Positions 37,863-49,592 of a stretch of DNA of 64,000 nt are shown here, piece after piece. The position numbers and the translations under genes are program-made. Origin of the DNA: Camelus dromedarius (lineage: Eukaryota); NCBI RefSeq assembly GCF_036321535.1, contig NC_087437.1, positions 12,650,001-12,714,000 of the forward strand, in the 5' to 3' direction. The stretch's first letter is position 1. Every line of letters begins with the position of its first letter. The notes beneath the pieces were generated by a model. The model was not told where the DNA came from, searched no databases, and was given only the letters and a program-made list of their open reading frames with translations.

Positions 37863-37973
37863 CTTTACAATAGGAGTAATGAACTCTTCAAGGAAACCAT
37901 GCTTCAAAAGTGATGGCCAGTTGTGATGGATGAAATTAATAAGTAGGCCTTTTATGTGAGAACCATCTTGATC
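37863..37973 (-). CDS. TOP2B: TOP2B exon 14 (DQDGSHIKGLLINFIHHNWPSLLKHGFLEEFITPIVK), TOPRIM DxD
   Basis: AG/GT flanks, 111 nt. Confidence 0.96.
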
Positions 37974-38931
37974 CTAAATAAATGTTAGTAAAGAGTGCTA
38001 TAACAATTTCATGAAATATAGCTACTTATATAATCAGATTTTTAAATGTATAAATACACATAAGAGGCAAAATTCCATTCAAATTTTAGAACTGCGTTTT
38101 ATAAAACATAACATGTAATTCTTTGGATGATCATAGTAAAAATTTTTTTCTTAAAATTCAAATAAAGAATATAGCTAAGTGACAGTCTGAATTTTTCTGT
38201 CATTATATAATATACTACACCATTATGTTTTTTATACTTTAACCCAGATTTCACGAAAAAAATGATTTAAAGGCAGAACTACGTGAAACATTATAATGCC
38301 ACTTAATTGGGCAATGGAAGAAGAAATCCATGGAATATGGGTATTCACAAGTCTTCTCTTAACATAAAAACTGACAAATTTCTGCTTAAAACCATTTGGC
38401 AGCTTCTCAGTTGAAGATTTTCTCTACCAATGCTTTCAATTAGAGTACACAAGAGACAAGTAGTTGGATGCATATGAAACTCGTCCTTTTCAATTATTTA
38501 GTTCTTTCCTAATAACTGCCATTTTACAATTCAAGTCCTCCTAGTTTTCTGTGCATCCCAAATTATGCCATCATATATGAATATTAACCATTATCCTATT
38601 GATTAACCTCTCTTACTTTTAAGTTTCATCATTTCCTTCCTCCTTATAGGAAGACTTAACCCCGTAATACTACAGTGTGTGTTCTACTCTTCCCATATTT
38701 ATGGCATTTAAAAACACTGTTAAAGTAACTAATCAAAAAGACGGTTACCATAAATTAGATCATGTAAAACGTGCTTCACACACAAAGTGCCATTAAACAA
38801 CGCTCCTCCCCCTCTCCAGGTGTACAATCACTTTCACTTGTACTATCTTGGAACAAATCTCATGAAACAAATAGCAAAAGGACATTCTGAAAAAGATACG
38901 AGTTTTAACATGTGGCAACTTTTAAACCAAC

Positions 38932-39057
38932 CTGATCAGTCATAATCATTATCTTTCCATAGCGTAGAGTTTTCAGAGATTCTGCATCATCATAACTTTT
39001 CTTGTACTGTAGACCAACTATTTTGATAATATTGTTTATTTCTGCATTTTCCATGAT
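38932..39057 (-). CDS. TOP2B: TOP2B exon 13 (IMENAEINNIIKIVGLQYKKSYDDAESLKTLRYGKIMIMTDQ)
   Basis: AG/GT flanks, 126 nt. Confidence 0.96.
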
Positions 39058-39215
39058 CTGTGTAAAAATGAAAAGAACTGGAGTATTTTCAAGTGTCTAA
39101 ATACATAAAAGGTGAGTAGGAATTTACATATAAAAATTCAACAACTCTAGTAAAGTATTAAAATGTCACATATACATATGGGCATATATGTACACATATA
39201 TATACAGATACATAC

Positions 39216-39373
39216 CTGTTTATGAGAAGCTTCCCGTACGTTAAGAATTTTTCCCCTGAGGGGAAAGACTCCGTATCTGTCTCTCCCAATCACACCTAAT
39301 CCAGACACAGCCAACGATTTGGCAGAGTCTCCTTCTGTCAGTATCAGTGTACACTCAAGGGAATGCTTGCCAC
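39216..39373 (-). CDS. TOP2B: TOP2B exon 12 (GGKHSLECTLILTEGDSAKSLAVSGLGVIGRDRYGVFPLRGKILNVREASHKQ)
   Basis: AG/GT flanks, 158 nt; EGDSA and PLRGK TOPRIM motifs. Confidence 0.97.
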
Positions 39374-39701
39374 CTGAGAAATTTAAAATGACATATGTTC
39401 CAAGTTTCTCAATTTTACCAATGAAAAAAATTAAGCCAGAAAAATGAATAATCACAATGATAATGAAAAGACTGTAGGAGCCATCTTCCATTATGCTCAG
39501 TATAATTTAAATACTAAGTATATTTTATTGAATTCCTATTCCCTGAAAATTAGTAATATGTGGTGCATGTGGCAATTTTAGTGAAGTAAAATTATACTCT
39601 GAACATAAAATCCTACACTCTATATGTGGAAAATCTAAATAGTCTGTAACTGAATAAATGAAAACTTAAATCAAAATCTAAAAAAATAATCTGAATCTTA
39701 C

Positions 39702-39840
39702 CAGCATCATTAGCATCATCCAGTTTGGGAATACCTTTGATTTTACTGTACTTTACTGAGGAACACTTCTTGTTCAGCTGTGTCTGAGCCTTAAATTTCA
39801 CCCAGTTCAGGATACTCTCTACAATGCCACAGTTAGAGGC
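39702..39840 (-). CDS. TOP2B: TOP2B exon 11 (ASNCGIVESILNWVKFKAQTQLNKKCSSVKYSKIKGIPKLDDANDA)
   Basis: AG/GT flanks, 139 nt. Confidence 0.96.
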
Positions 39841-41550
39841 CTAAAAAATCAAGGAGTAATGATATACAATCAAGCCAGAAGTTCATATACTTACCTAAAA
39901 TTAATATAATGCTTGGAATCTGTGCAGTTATAAGGTCAGACAGTGGTGGTGATGATGGTAATAATAATGATATATGCTGGTAAATATTATTCTAACTACA
40001 GTAAAACTAACTCAGGCAGCTATTCACAAACACCTATTGTACTGAAATATAAATACATGAAATAAGGGCAAGTTTACCACACATGAAAAAAATTCTATTA
40101 TAATAAACTCCTTAAGAAACATACATAGCTTTTATTACAAGTTAATTTTGTTAAAATTAACACAGTTAAAGCTGATTCACCCATGAATTTACCACCTGGG
40201 AAATTCCAGATGCTGCCATTTCTGGTCTCCTTCAACACAAAAATATAAATCTTGGATTCACTTTGACCAAAAAAATATTAACATGCAAGGGACATTAGGA
40301 TAAATTCAAGAACTTATAAATAGTCCTTATTTTTTAAAAGTTTGGTGATGAGGATTTCAACATTACAGATATATATATATATGTCATTCTGCAGTGAACC
40401 AACGTGTGACAAGATGTCAAGCCAAAAGGAAAAAAAAGTAAAGAATCTCCAAGTTGGAGTTATTTTTCATTATTCTGGGTAGTTTGACTTCAGGGGCACA
40501 AAATAGTTTTCCGGAATGTTTGAGATATTAAAAAAGAGGTGAACTATGTTGCCAAATCTAAACTTCCTCTGCCAAAAATGATAAAGTATAAAATCCTAAA
40601 TCAAATTCCTTCACAATAAGAACAACTGTTATGAGGGCAGAAATTTGGGAAATCATTAACATAGGGTCATCTGTATTCAAAATTCATTATTAGACCCAGA
40701 AGTACTATTTCTATAAGCTTTCAGCTAAAACCTAAAAAACAACTTTTGTTTTTGTTTATGAAACTGTACCTTTGGAATTCCAATACTGGAATTTAATAAA
40801 TATGTTATCTCTATTGCAATGACATGATACTCCTCCAACAAATTACAAACTTCCACAGTGGAGGGGCTTTAATTTGTTCACCTTTACATTTCCAGTGCAA
40901 ACATATTTAAAGGCACTAGTTTAGATATGATTACTTAATATATATTTGATGGCACTGGTGAACAAGAGAACAGAGGCAAGTCTTGCTTATACACAGGAGA
41001 TTATGAGGAATTATTAGCATTAACAAGGCCCAGTTTTAAACCTAAGATTTATTATTTATTTATACTCTCATCTTGTTTCAGAAAGGTTAAAGATAGCCTA
41101 AATAAATATGTATAAAATGAAATTTAAAAATATGTAGAATATGGTAAATTTTAAGTTATGCACGTTATCACAATTTTTTAAAAATTATATAAAGGTAAAA
41201 ATCAGTAGATGAATTTGAAATGAGTAGGAAAGATGAAATCAAGAGTCTTACAAGGACCTGTACATTTATCAGAGGTAAATCTGGTTTATAGTGTCCAATG
41301 CAAAGCTAAAAACACAATTCGTTACATGATTCCCTACTTCAATGCTTGGCAAAATAATCAATTGTTTCATGAAACAGCAACTACCCTTTGAATTTTTCAG
41401 AATCAAGCATATTAGTTTTTAGTATAAGTATGCCTGTACCCACAGTTACTATAAGAAAGAAACTAATCACAAACAGACTAAATAAATCAAGAAAACTAGT
41501 TAATCTACTTTCAATAAAAAACACACTAAAATAATACAGATTTTACTCAC

Positions 41551-41688
41551 GGCTTTAAAAAACTTCTCTGACAACTGGCATTTGGACCCAAAACTTTTGG
41601 GTTGCAGAGTCATGTTTTCCTTAGTCTGAGAATCAAAAGTTGGATTTTCGATAAGGCAATTAATAAAAACCCATATATGGTTTTTTAC
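41551..41688 (-). CDS. TOP2B: TOP2B exon 10 (VKNHIWVFINCLIENPTFDSQTKENMTLQPKSFGSKCQLSEKFFKA)
   Basis: AG/GT flanks, 138 nt; QTK loop. Confidence 0.96.
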
Positions 41689-41807
41689 CTGTTGAAAACA
41701 CACCAAAAAAGGTTAATGTCAGAACTTTATTTAGTATTTAATATTTCAACAGATATTGATATTAATTAGTAATTCAACAGAATATATATAATAAAAGCAT
41801 CACCTAC

Positions 41808-41909
41808 TTGAAATGGTTTCACTGATACACCAGCCTTGTTCTTTTTCTTAACTACTTCAATCAGTTTACTGACAACTTGGTCTACTACATAATCCACATG
41901 CCGTCCACC
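41808..41909 (-). CDS. TOP2B: TOP2B exon 9 (GGRHVDYVVDQVVSKLIEVVKKKNKAGVSVKPFQ)
   Basis: AG/GT flanks, 102 nt. Confidence 0.96.
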
Positions 41910-42251
41910 CTAAAGAGGGAAAAAAAAATAGAATACAAAATCTTCTATAGTTAGGGTAGCAAAACACTTACATATTCATTTTTTTCCTAAAATGAGCATT
42001 TAATCTTCACAATAACCTTGTGAAGTCAGTATTATTAATTTATTAACCCTATTTTCCAGAAAAATAATATGAGTCTCAGAATGGCAGAGTTGAGATTTTA
42101 AAAATAAAGTCCTTTTGGTCATAGAGCCAATTAGCAACTCCATGTAACTCCATACAAAGTGAAAACAATCAAAGAAAGAGACATGGAAGTCAAAATGAAT
42201 ACTGGCCTGGTGGTAGTAATGACACTCATAATATTTACACTTAGGGAGGAC

Positions 42252-42765
42252 TGTGGCAGCCATGGATGGTTGTCCATCTAATATCCATTCTCCCCTTCTA
42301 CCTTACTAACAACCCCAAATTTGTTTAACTGGCAACATGCCCAATTACAAATAACCAATCTAGACTCTCTCACAGCTAGCGATAGCCACTTGACCCAGTT
42401 TCAGTCAGAGATGTCAGCAGAGGGCTATTGGAGGGGGCTTCCAGGAAAACTACTGTGTTCCTGATAAAAGGGGAGAGATTAGTTGGCATATGCATTTTCC
42501 CAACCTCATTCTTTCTCCCTAGAACCTGGGAGGGTGCAGCAGGCATCTTAAAGGCATGCAAATGAAAGCCACATGCTAAGGGTGGCAGAAAAGAAAGCCA
42601 GGAAAGGCATAGGTCCCTGAGGACATAGTGGAGTTACAGCACCAAACTAAGACTGCCTCCCACGGGTCCCCAGTCATAGATAAAAAATAAAATCTTTACA
42701 TATTTACAAACCACTGTATGTTAGGTTTCCATAACATATAACAAAATGCAATCATATCTGATACA
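42252..42765 (+). mobile_element. MLT1 (MaLR) solo LTR
   Basis: tgtggcagcc...ctgataca termini; aagccacatgctaagggtggcagaa, ggtccctgaggacat motifs. Confidence 0.7.
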
Positions 42766-43352
42766 GGATTTCTGTTGACTAGAGAAAGTGATGCCAGATT
42801 ATAAAAAAATAGCAAACATTAAAAAAAATCAGTTGAAACTTAAATAAGAGTGACAAAGTAACAAATCACTGCTTTAGATTATTCTAAAATACACACTTGT
42901 ATTGCTTGATACTTTATTATGGTCAATGGATAAATGCTTATAAATGAGAAGAATTTCATTTGATTTTAAAATTCAAAAGCCTACAGAAAAGGGTTCAAAC
43001 TCTTTAGAATGGCAGATAACAAATTGCACAAACTGATCCCAAAACAGACTCCTCTCCTATTATTTGTTCTTTTTAAACTCAGAACACAGAATAAGGAATT
43101 TGTTATTCTAAATTTCATAAAATATAAACATATTCAATTATAAACACTAATCATACAAATTTACTTCTCAGTGGGTGTTTAAATTGTAAGACAGCTATTT
43201 CATAGAAAATAAGCTTTTATTTTCGTAAGTTACTTTTGATTTCACAAAAGTAGATTTGCGGGTTTTCTGTTGTCACTGTTGTTTACTGTTTGCTGTTTTT
43301 AATCCAGTATTGTTCTACCACTGACTTGGAAACAAAGAATTAGCACACTTAC

Positions 43353-43526
43353 TTTTGTTGTTGCAATACTATTTACAAAGCTGATTTGCTGGAATCCTTT
43401 TTCACTCAATGTGAGACAAACATCCCATCTTTCATTTGCAAGTTCATGAATAACTTTCAGGGCCACTCCAGTTTCATCCAATTTGTCTTTAACATAAAGA
43501 TCTACATAACTGCGAAAGCCATTTAC
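43353..43526 (-). CDS. TOP2B: TOP2B exon 8 (VNGFRSYVDLYVKDKLDETGVALKVIHELANERW...NSIATTK)
   Basis: AG/GT flanks, 174 nt. Confidence 0.96.
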
Positions 43527-43996
43527 CTAATAATTGGGAAACCATAAAGAAAAACAAAGAATTCATCTTCTATTGGCACCTGAACTGGGGTGAATGCCAT
43601 CAGGTACTCTCATACTTTCACTTCCCTTCATTCACAACAGCTCTCAATCCCAACCTTCATGTCCTTCCCTTATTCTACTCCTTGATTTCTGTCCTCTAAA
43701 AAGGAATTCATTTCCATATGTACTTGAAAAAGAAAAGGTACGAAGGGACAACTGGACAGGTAAATTATTATAAAATCTTTCAAAAGTTTAAATTTTTTAA
43801 ATGACAAAGTAGACTTAAACAGCTTGACTTCAGATATGTAAGGACCAAAAAGAAAAAAAAAGCATCTGCCCTTACAAGAAAACAGCTGATCAGACAACAA
43901 ATTTTTATGAACCGTCAAAAAACAGAGATCACTGGACAGCTAGCCATCTTAAATCTGAAGAGAGACAGGTGTCTGTAGGAAGACACAGAACCTAAG

Positions 43997-44630
43997 TGAG
44001 ACAGGAAGGGGGCAGAGCACAGCCCTTCAAGCAATGATACAGCAATTAACATCAAAATGGTGGAGAATTCAACCCCCAGTAGGCCCTGAGGCTCAAGATG
44101 GTGGGAGATTTGACTTCTAGCAGAAATTGAGCTTCATTACACGCCCACTGTAATATATTAGCATGATAAATAACATGCCCACAGGCGCCATGACAGTCCC
44201 AAGCTAGCCACAAAAGGTCAGAAAGTGGGAAATGGCCAACTTCCTGGGAATCCCAGCCCCTTCCCCAGGCTAGTTAGACTTGTCCTTCCACTTATTAGCA
44301 TATGAAGCCACTGAGCCCATAAAAACTGGCAACAGGGTGCCTTGCGGCTGCTGCCCTCTCTCTCCCTCTTGAGATGGCCCACCCTCGGTCTATGGAGTGT
44401 GTACCTACTTTTACTCTAATCTGAACACCCAACCCCCACACCTCATGGCCTTTCTCTTGCCTTTTGATGTATCTCTCTAAATAAATCTACCTTTACTCAA
44501 CTGTGGCTCGCTCTTGAATTCTTTCCTGCGTGAAGCCAAGGACCCACACTTGGCAGGGAACGTCCCAGGGGCTCAACTGAAGCCTGGGACACGGCCCTCC
44601 TCACGCCCCACATCCATTTTTCCTGCATCA
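43997..44630 (+). mobile_element. ERV1 solo LTR, MER41-like, 634 bp, TSD TAAG
   Basis: TG...CA ends with imperfect inverted termini tgagacaggaa/ttcctgcatca; TAAG at 43993-43996 and 44631-44634; ATAAAA at 44319, AATAAA at 44480. Confidence 0.88.
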
Positions 44631-46596
44631 TAAGCATTCTGCTTAACTGGAGCAGAAGCTGCTTAGCATCATATAAGCCCATATGAACATTAAACCAGAA
44701 ATTTTGGCAAATTACTATTATAGACAAGTGTGGACTAGTGAGAGTATGTGAACTACATGAGGGCTGTAGTCAAAAGGGTTCCTATTCTTTTGCAGGTGTT
44801 TCCTCCAGGAATCCCAGCAGGTTTTCACAGGGAAGACAGAAAAGAAATCTAGACAAAGTATCCCCTGTGGTGCCAGCTGGAGGACAGCAGCCCTAGGAAT
44901 TCCACCCAGACTCAGCTCCCTTATCAACAACAAAGCTTAATTTACAAGGGGAAGGACACTACTGGAAAGCAATGGTGAGCTATCACTATAGCTGGGATAA
45001 AGTAATTCTGCCCAGCCCCACTTCTTCCCACTCCCATCTCATTTAAGTTTAAATTTTAAAAAGGCTCATTCTGTGGAGCAGGAAGCCTGAAGAATACTGA
45101 ATGAGAACACTGTGGTTACCTGCTGCAACTAGGGGAAAGAGAATAGAGGACACAGGAAAAATCTCTACCTCTAATGTTGGGGTAGACACTCTTGTGAAGG
45201 CCAAACCCCTGAGACACAGGCCCACTGCGCACTCCGAAGTCTGAGATCTAATCAGACATGAGAGTGTCCCACAACCTACAATTATGCTCCAGGCCTCCAA
45301 AGTAACAGTGGTTTTCAGCTGGAAGAGCCACAAGAGACAGACCCCCCTTGACGGGCAGCTCAAAAGGAAGAGCCACAGCAAAGAGAAATGACAAAAACAA
45401 AAAAGAATTTTAAGTATCTGGTGCCCACTGCAACAACCAACCTCAACACTAGTAACTACAGAAACAACAGACTGCAACACAACCCATTTCTTGCACAGAT
45501 TAACATACATCCTCATACTAAAGCCTATTTACTCCGCATCTACTACCTCATACAACATAGCTGATTTTCAACAAAATCTTACAAGGCACGCCAAAAGGCA
45601 AGAAAGAAGTCTGAAAAGACAAAGCAATCATCAGAACCAGACTTAGATCGGTCACAGATGTTTTAACTACCAGATAGGGCATTTAAAATAACTATGACTA
45701 ATATGTTAAACGCTCTAACGGGAAAGGCAGACAACACGCAACTTCAGCAGAAATGGAAGCTGTAAGAGCAAATCAAATGGAACTGCTAGACATCAAACAC
45801 AGTAGAAGACATGAAGAATGCCTTTGGCAGCCCCAGCAGTAGACTTGACAAAGTAGAGGAAGAAAAATCAATGAACTTGAAAATACAACAATAGAAATTA
45901 AACAAACTAAAACACGAAGGAAACAGAGAGAATAAGGCAGAGCAAAACATCCAAGAGCTTGGGACCCTGTAACATATGCATAATTAGAATACCAGAAGGA
46001 AAAGAAAGACCAGCACGTAAGAAATATCTGCAGAAATAACCACCAAAAATTTTCCAAAATTAGTGACTAACACCAAACAACAGATCCAAAAAGCTCAGAA
46101 AACACCAGAGTAAGTGCAAAAAACAAAAAACACCACCAACAAACCAACAAGCAAAAAAGCCCACATGTACACCTAAATGTATGAGACTCAAAAAACCAAA
46201 GACAATTAGAAAATCTTCAAGGTAGCCAGAGGAAAAAGAAACATCTTATGAACAGAGAAAGAAGAATATGAACTACAGCAGAAAACCACGCGAGCAAGAC
46301 AACAGTGAATTTTTAAAGGACTGGGGAAAAAATCCTGTCAACCCATAATTCTACATCCTATAAAATTCTCTCTCCTCTGAAAGTGAAGGAAAAAAGGACT
46401 CTCTCAGACAAACATTAACTGAGGGAATTTATTGCCAGCAGACCTACCCTACAGAAAATAAATGTTGAAAGAATATCTCCAGGTAGAAGAAATATGATTA
46501 AGATCATAAACTTAGATCTACATCAAGAAATTAAGAGCATTAGAAATGGAATAAATTAAGGTAAAATATAATTACTGTATCTTTTAAATTACCTAC

Positions 46597-46952
46597 TTTT
46601 TTTTTTTATTGAAGTATAGTCAATTACAATGTGCCAGTCTCTGGTGTACTGCATAATGTCCCAGTCATGCATATACATACATATATTCATTTCCATATTC
46701 TTTTTCATTAAAAGTTATTACAAGATATTGAATATAGTTCCCTGTGCTATACAGAAGAATTTGGTTTTTTATCTATTTTTATATATAGTGGTTAATATTT
46801 GCAAATCTCGAACTCCCAAATCTATCCCTTCCCATCCACTTCCCCCAGTAACCATAAGATTGTTTACCACGTCTGGTGAATCTGTTTTTGTTTTGTAAAT
46901 GAGTTCATTAGTGTCCTGTTTTTTCTTTTTTTTTTTTTTTTAGATTCCACGT
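46597..46952 (-). mobile_element. Young L1 3' end (5'-truncated)
   Basis: polyT then attgaagtatagtca...; similar to the reverse complement of 63590-63925. Confidence 0.88.
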
Positions 46953-47539
46953 ATTGTATTTTTAATAGCTCTAAAAGGTAACTGACTGCTTAAAGCATTA
47001 ACAACAACGTCACTAATTGTGAAACGTTTTTGCCACCATTTTTTCAAATATTTCTTCCATCTCATTCTTTCTTCTTCTGTTGTTCATAGCATAGTAAAAG
47101 TGAGATGTATGATGACAATGACACAAGAGATGGGGGATATGCTGTTAGAGTCTTTTTGCTACACATTAAGTGATAAATTATTTGACAGTGGACTCAAATC
47201 ATTTACAAATGTGTATTATAGACCCTAGGGTAACCACTAAATAAGTTTTAAAAACAAGTATAATAATAAGTAAATAGAGGAAATAAAGTAGAACCATAAA
47301 ATGCTCAATTAAAACCAGAGAGGGCAGAATAAGAGGAAATAAGAAACAAAGAACAAATAAAATGAATAAAAAACCAATAGCAAGATGGTAAATTTAATGC
47401 AAATATATCAATAATCACTTTAAATGTGAATCATCCAAACAATCAGTTAAAAGAGATTAACAGATCAGATTTAAAAAGCAAGATCTAACTATAAATTGTC
47501 TACAAATTAACAAAGCATCAACTGTTGTAGGACACTTAC

Positions 47540-47752
47540 AGGCAGTTTCTTTCCATTAAACATAACCTTGACTCCTTTGCATGAACCAGCCAAATCATAA
47601 GCTCTTCTGGTCATGAGAGCCACAATATCCTTGTCAAGTTTTTCCATCTTAAATTTGGCCAGATCTGGTTGGAATGTTATGCATGTGTAATCTTCACCAT
47701 CAAAATGTTTAATTTTGGCTTCAGAAGTCTTCATCATATTATTCAGCCACGT
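47540..47752 (-). CDS. TOP2B: TOP2B exon 7 (TWLNNMMKTSEAKIKHFDGEDYTCITFQPDL...FNGKKLP)
   Basis: AG/GT flanks, 213 nt. Confidence 0.96.
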
Positions 47753-48466
47753 CTTTAAAAGAAAAAAATATTCAAATATTCCTATAATGCTTCTGTATTT
47801 GATAATACATAAAGACTCAGCTAATAAAATACATTCATTTACCACAATTATACTTTTCAGCTTTACAACCAAACAAATCCTTGAAACTGATATTAGAAAT
47901 GAAAAAAAATTTAAATACACCCTCGTGTTGAAAATAAGCAAAACAATACAACTTCATACACTGCTGTTAAATATATTTCAAATACTTCAACATGACCATA
48001 TATAGGATTTTACAAAAATTAAAAGGTATGATGCTTTTCCTGACAAAATTATTTTCGCCTATGGAAAACTTCAAACTTTTCAAAAGCCTACAAAAGAAAA
48101 ATATGATAAAATTTTGAAATATAAATTTGACAAATCAGTCAATGAGGAATTTTTCAAACATGCTAAGTGGATGCCTCTTAATAAGTCTATGAGGTTCAGG
48201 ACATTTTCCCTATTGCTTAAACAGGTTAAAGGAAAAGTCTGTTAAATCAAGCATTTTGTTTTAAAGGAATGGGAGAAAGACAGGTTTAAATAAAATCTCC
48301 CAGGCATTCTGAAGTCTTTTTACTCTGATGACTTGTTTAATGCTTTAAAAAAAAAAAAAAAAAAGCTATTTGGTTATCACTGCAATTTATCTAAGGTTCT
48401 ATTATCTTGGCAAAGCAACAAACATGATTATTTTTTTAAAAAGACTTAGACACATTTCTGTCATAC

Positions 48467-48564
48467 CTGCTTAAAACTATGTTTGTATTCTTTGCAAGCA
48501 GTTTCTACTGTAAACTTTGTACTGAAAATATTACAAAGTTTTGCACCATAACCATTGCGACCAC
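48467..48564 (-). CDS. TOP2B: TOP2B exon 6 (GGRNGYGAKLCNIFSTKFTVETACKEYKHSFKQ), GHKL ATP lid
   Basis: AG/GT flanks, 98 nt. Confidence 0.97.
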
Positions 48565-49446
48565 CTGTAAGAACAATTAAATGTGAAAGGTTTAATGAAA
48601 ATTATTTTAAAGGAACTTTGTTACTTTACCTACCATAGGGCAGGTCTGTTGCAAAACAGTTTTCACTTATTGCATTATCTTAATCATCAATTGACTATTT
48701 CAAAGTATATTTAGATTCTTCATTTAAAGAAAAATACAATTAAGATTTAGCACATATAGAAATATAATTAAAAAATACATTTTGTAGATTCATTATCTTC
48801 ATCACAACTTCAAAAAATTAAGCTTTGTATCTCCTATAATCCAGTAAGTCTATGTGAGTATGAAATCTGAGCTTTCTATCAAAGTCACTTCTCTATGACA
48901 AAATTTTATTCTATATAACTTCCTAGAGCCTCAGTTTGCGGGAAAAAAATTATCAATCTACTCTGGAAATGTCAGTAAGTAGAAAAACATCTGGTTTTGG
49001 TCAAAGCACTTTCAATTCTATTTATACAGCCTAGACTTTCAATCTTGACCCTCTTAAAGAAAGCAGTTTAAAAGTAACTTAATTGATACCAAAAGACATG
49101 GTGCCTATGTGAAAACAAATTCATGTATACAGGAATCATAGACATCTTACTTTCATCAGTACTCTAACTGAAAACTCAAACTGTTAGCCAGGTTAGAGTT
49201 CTAAGAGTTCTAGCATAAGTCAATGTACTATGAGAGTTAAGCTTTTAAAAAGTCTCTAACAGACTATAAGCAAGGCAATACTCATAACTGACAGTTTTTT
49301 ATAGATATTAATCCTGAAAACAATTTTCTCACAACAAAACTATACAGGTTTCATTTTCTGTAATATTTTATATAGAAATAGTAAGAGATTTTATGTTGAG
49401 AGCAATATGTTTCAATAAAAATTCTGATCAGCCACTTAGACTTTAC

Positions 49447-49592
49447 CTGTTACTTTTTTCTCATCATCATCATAGTTACTGGATGTTAAAAGCTGTCCAA
49501 AAATTAATGCAGGAACATAAACTTTCTCTACTTTGTGTTCTACAACTGGAATGCCTTTCCCATTATTCCAAATGCTTATAATGTTAGATTCA
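49447..49592 (-). CDS. TOP2B: TOP2B exon 5 (ESNIISIWNNGKGIPVVEHKVEKVYVPALIFGQLLTSSNYDDDEKKVT)
   Basis: AG/GT flanks, 146 nt. Confidence 0.96.

Larger units (their letters stand above)
43870..47506 (+). mobile_element. Old L1M element (5' region, decayed ORF1, start of ORF2) interrupted by an LTR and a younger L1 tail
   Basis: ORF1-like text at 45630-46480 (tttaaaataactatg, agcagacctaccctaca) and endonuclease start (aatcactttaaatgtgaat, aactataaattgtctacaa); left boundary approximate. Confidence 0.75.

Noticed and set aside
37605..37907. ORF reading through the 81-nt intron 14, suggesting in-frame retention
   Set aside because: A 27-residue insert in the TOPRIM region is unlikely to be functional; canonical splice sites present; no other support
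45049..46898. Hydrophobic ORFs resembling membrane proteins
   Set aside because: Antisense translations of A-rich L1 sequence
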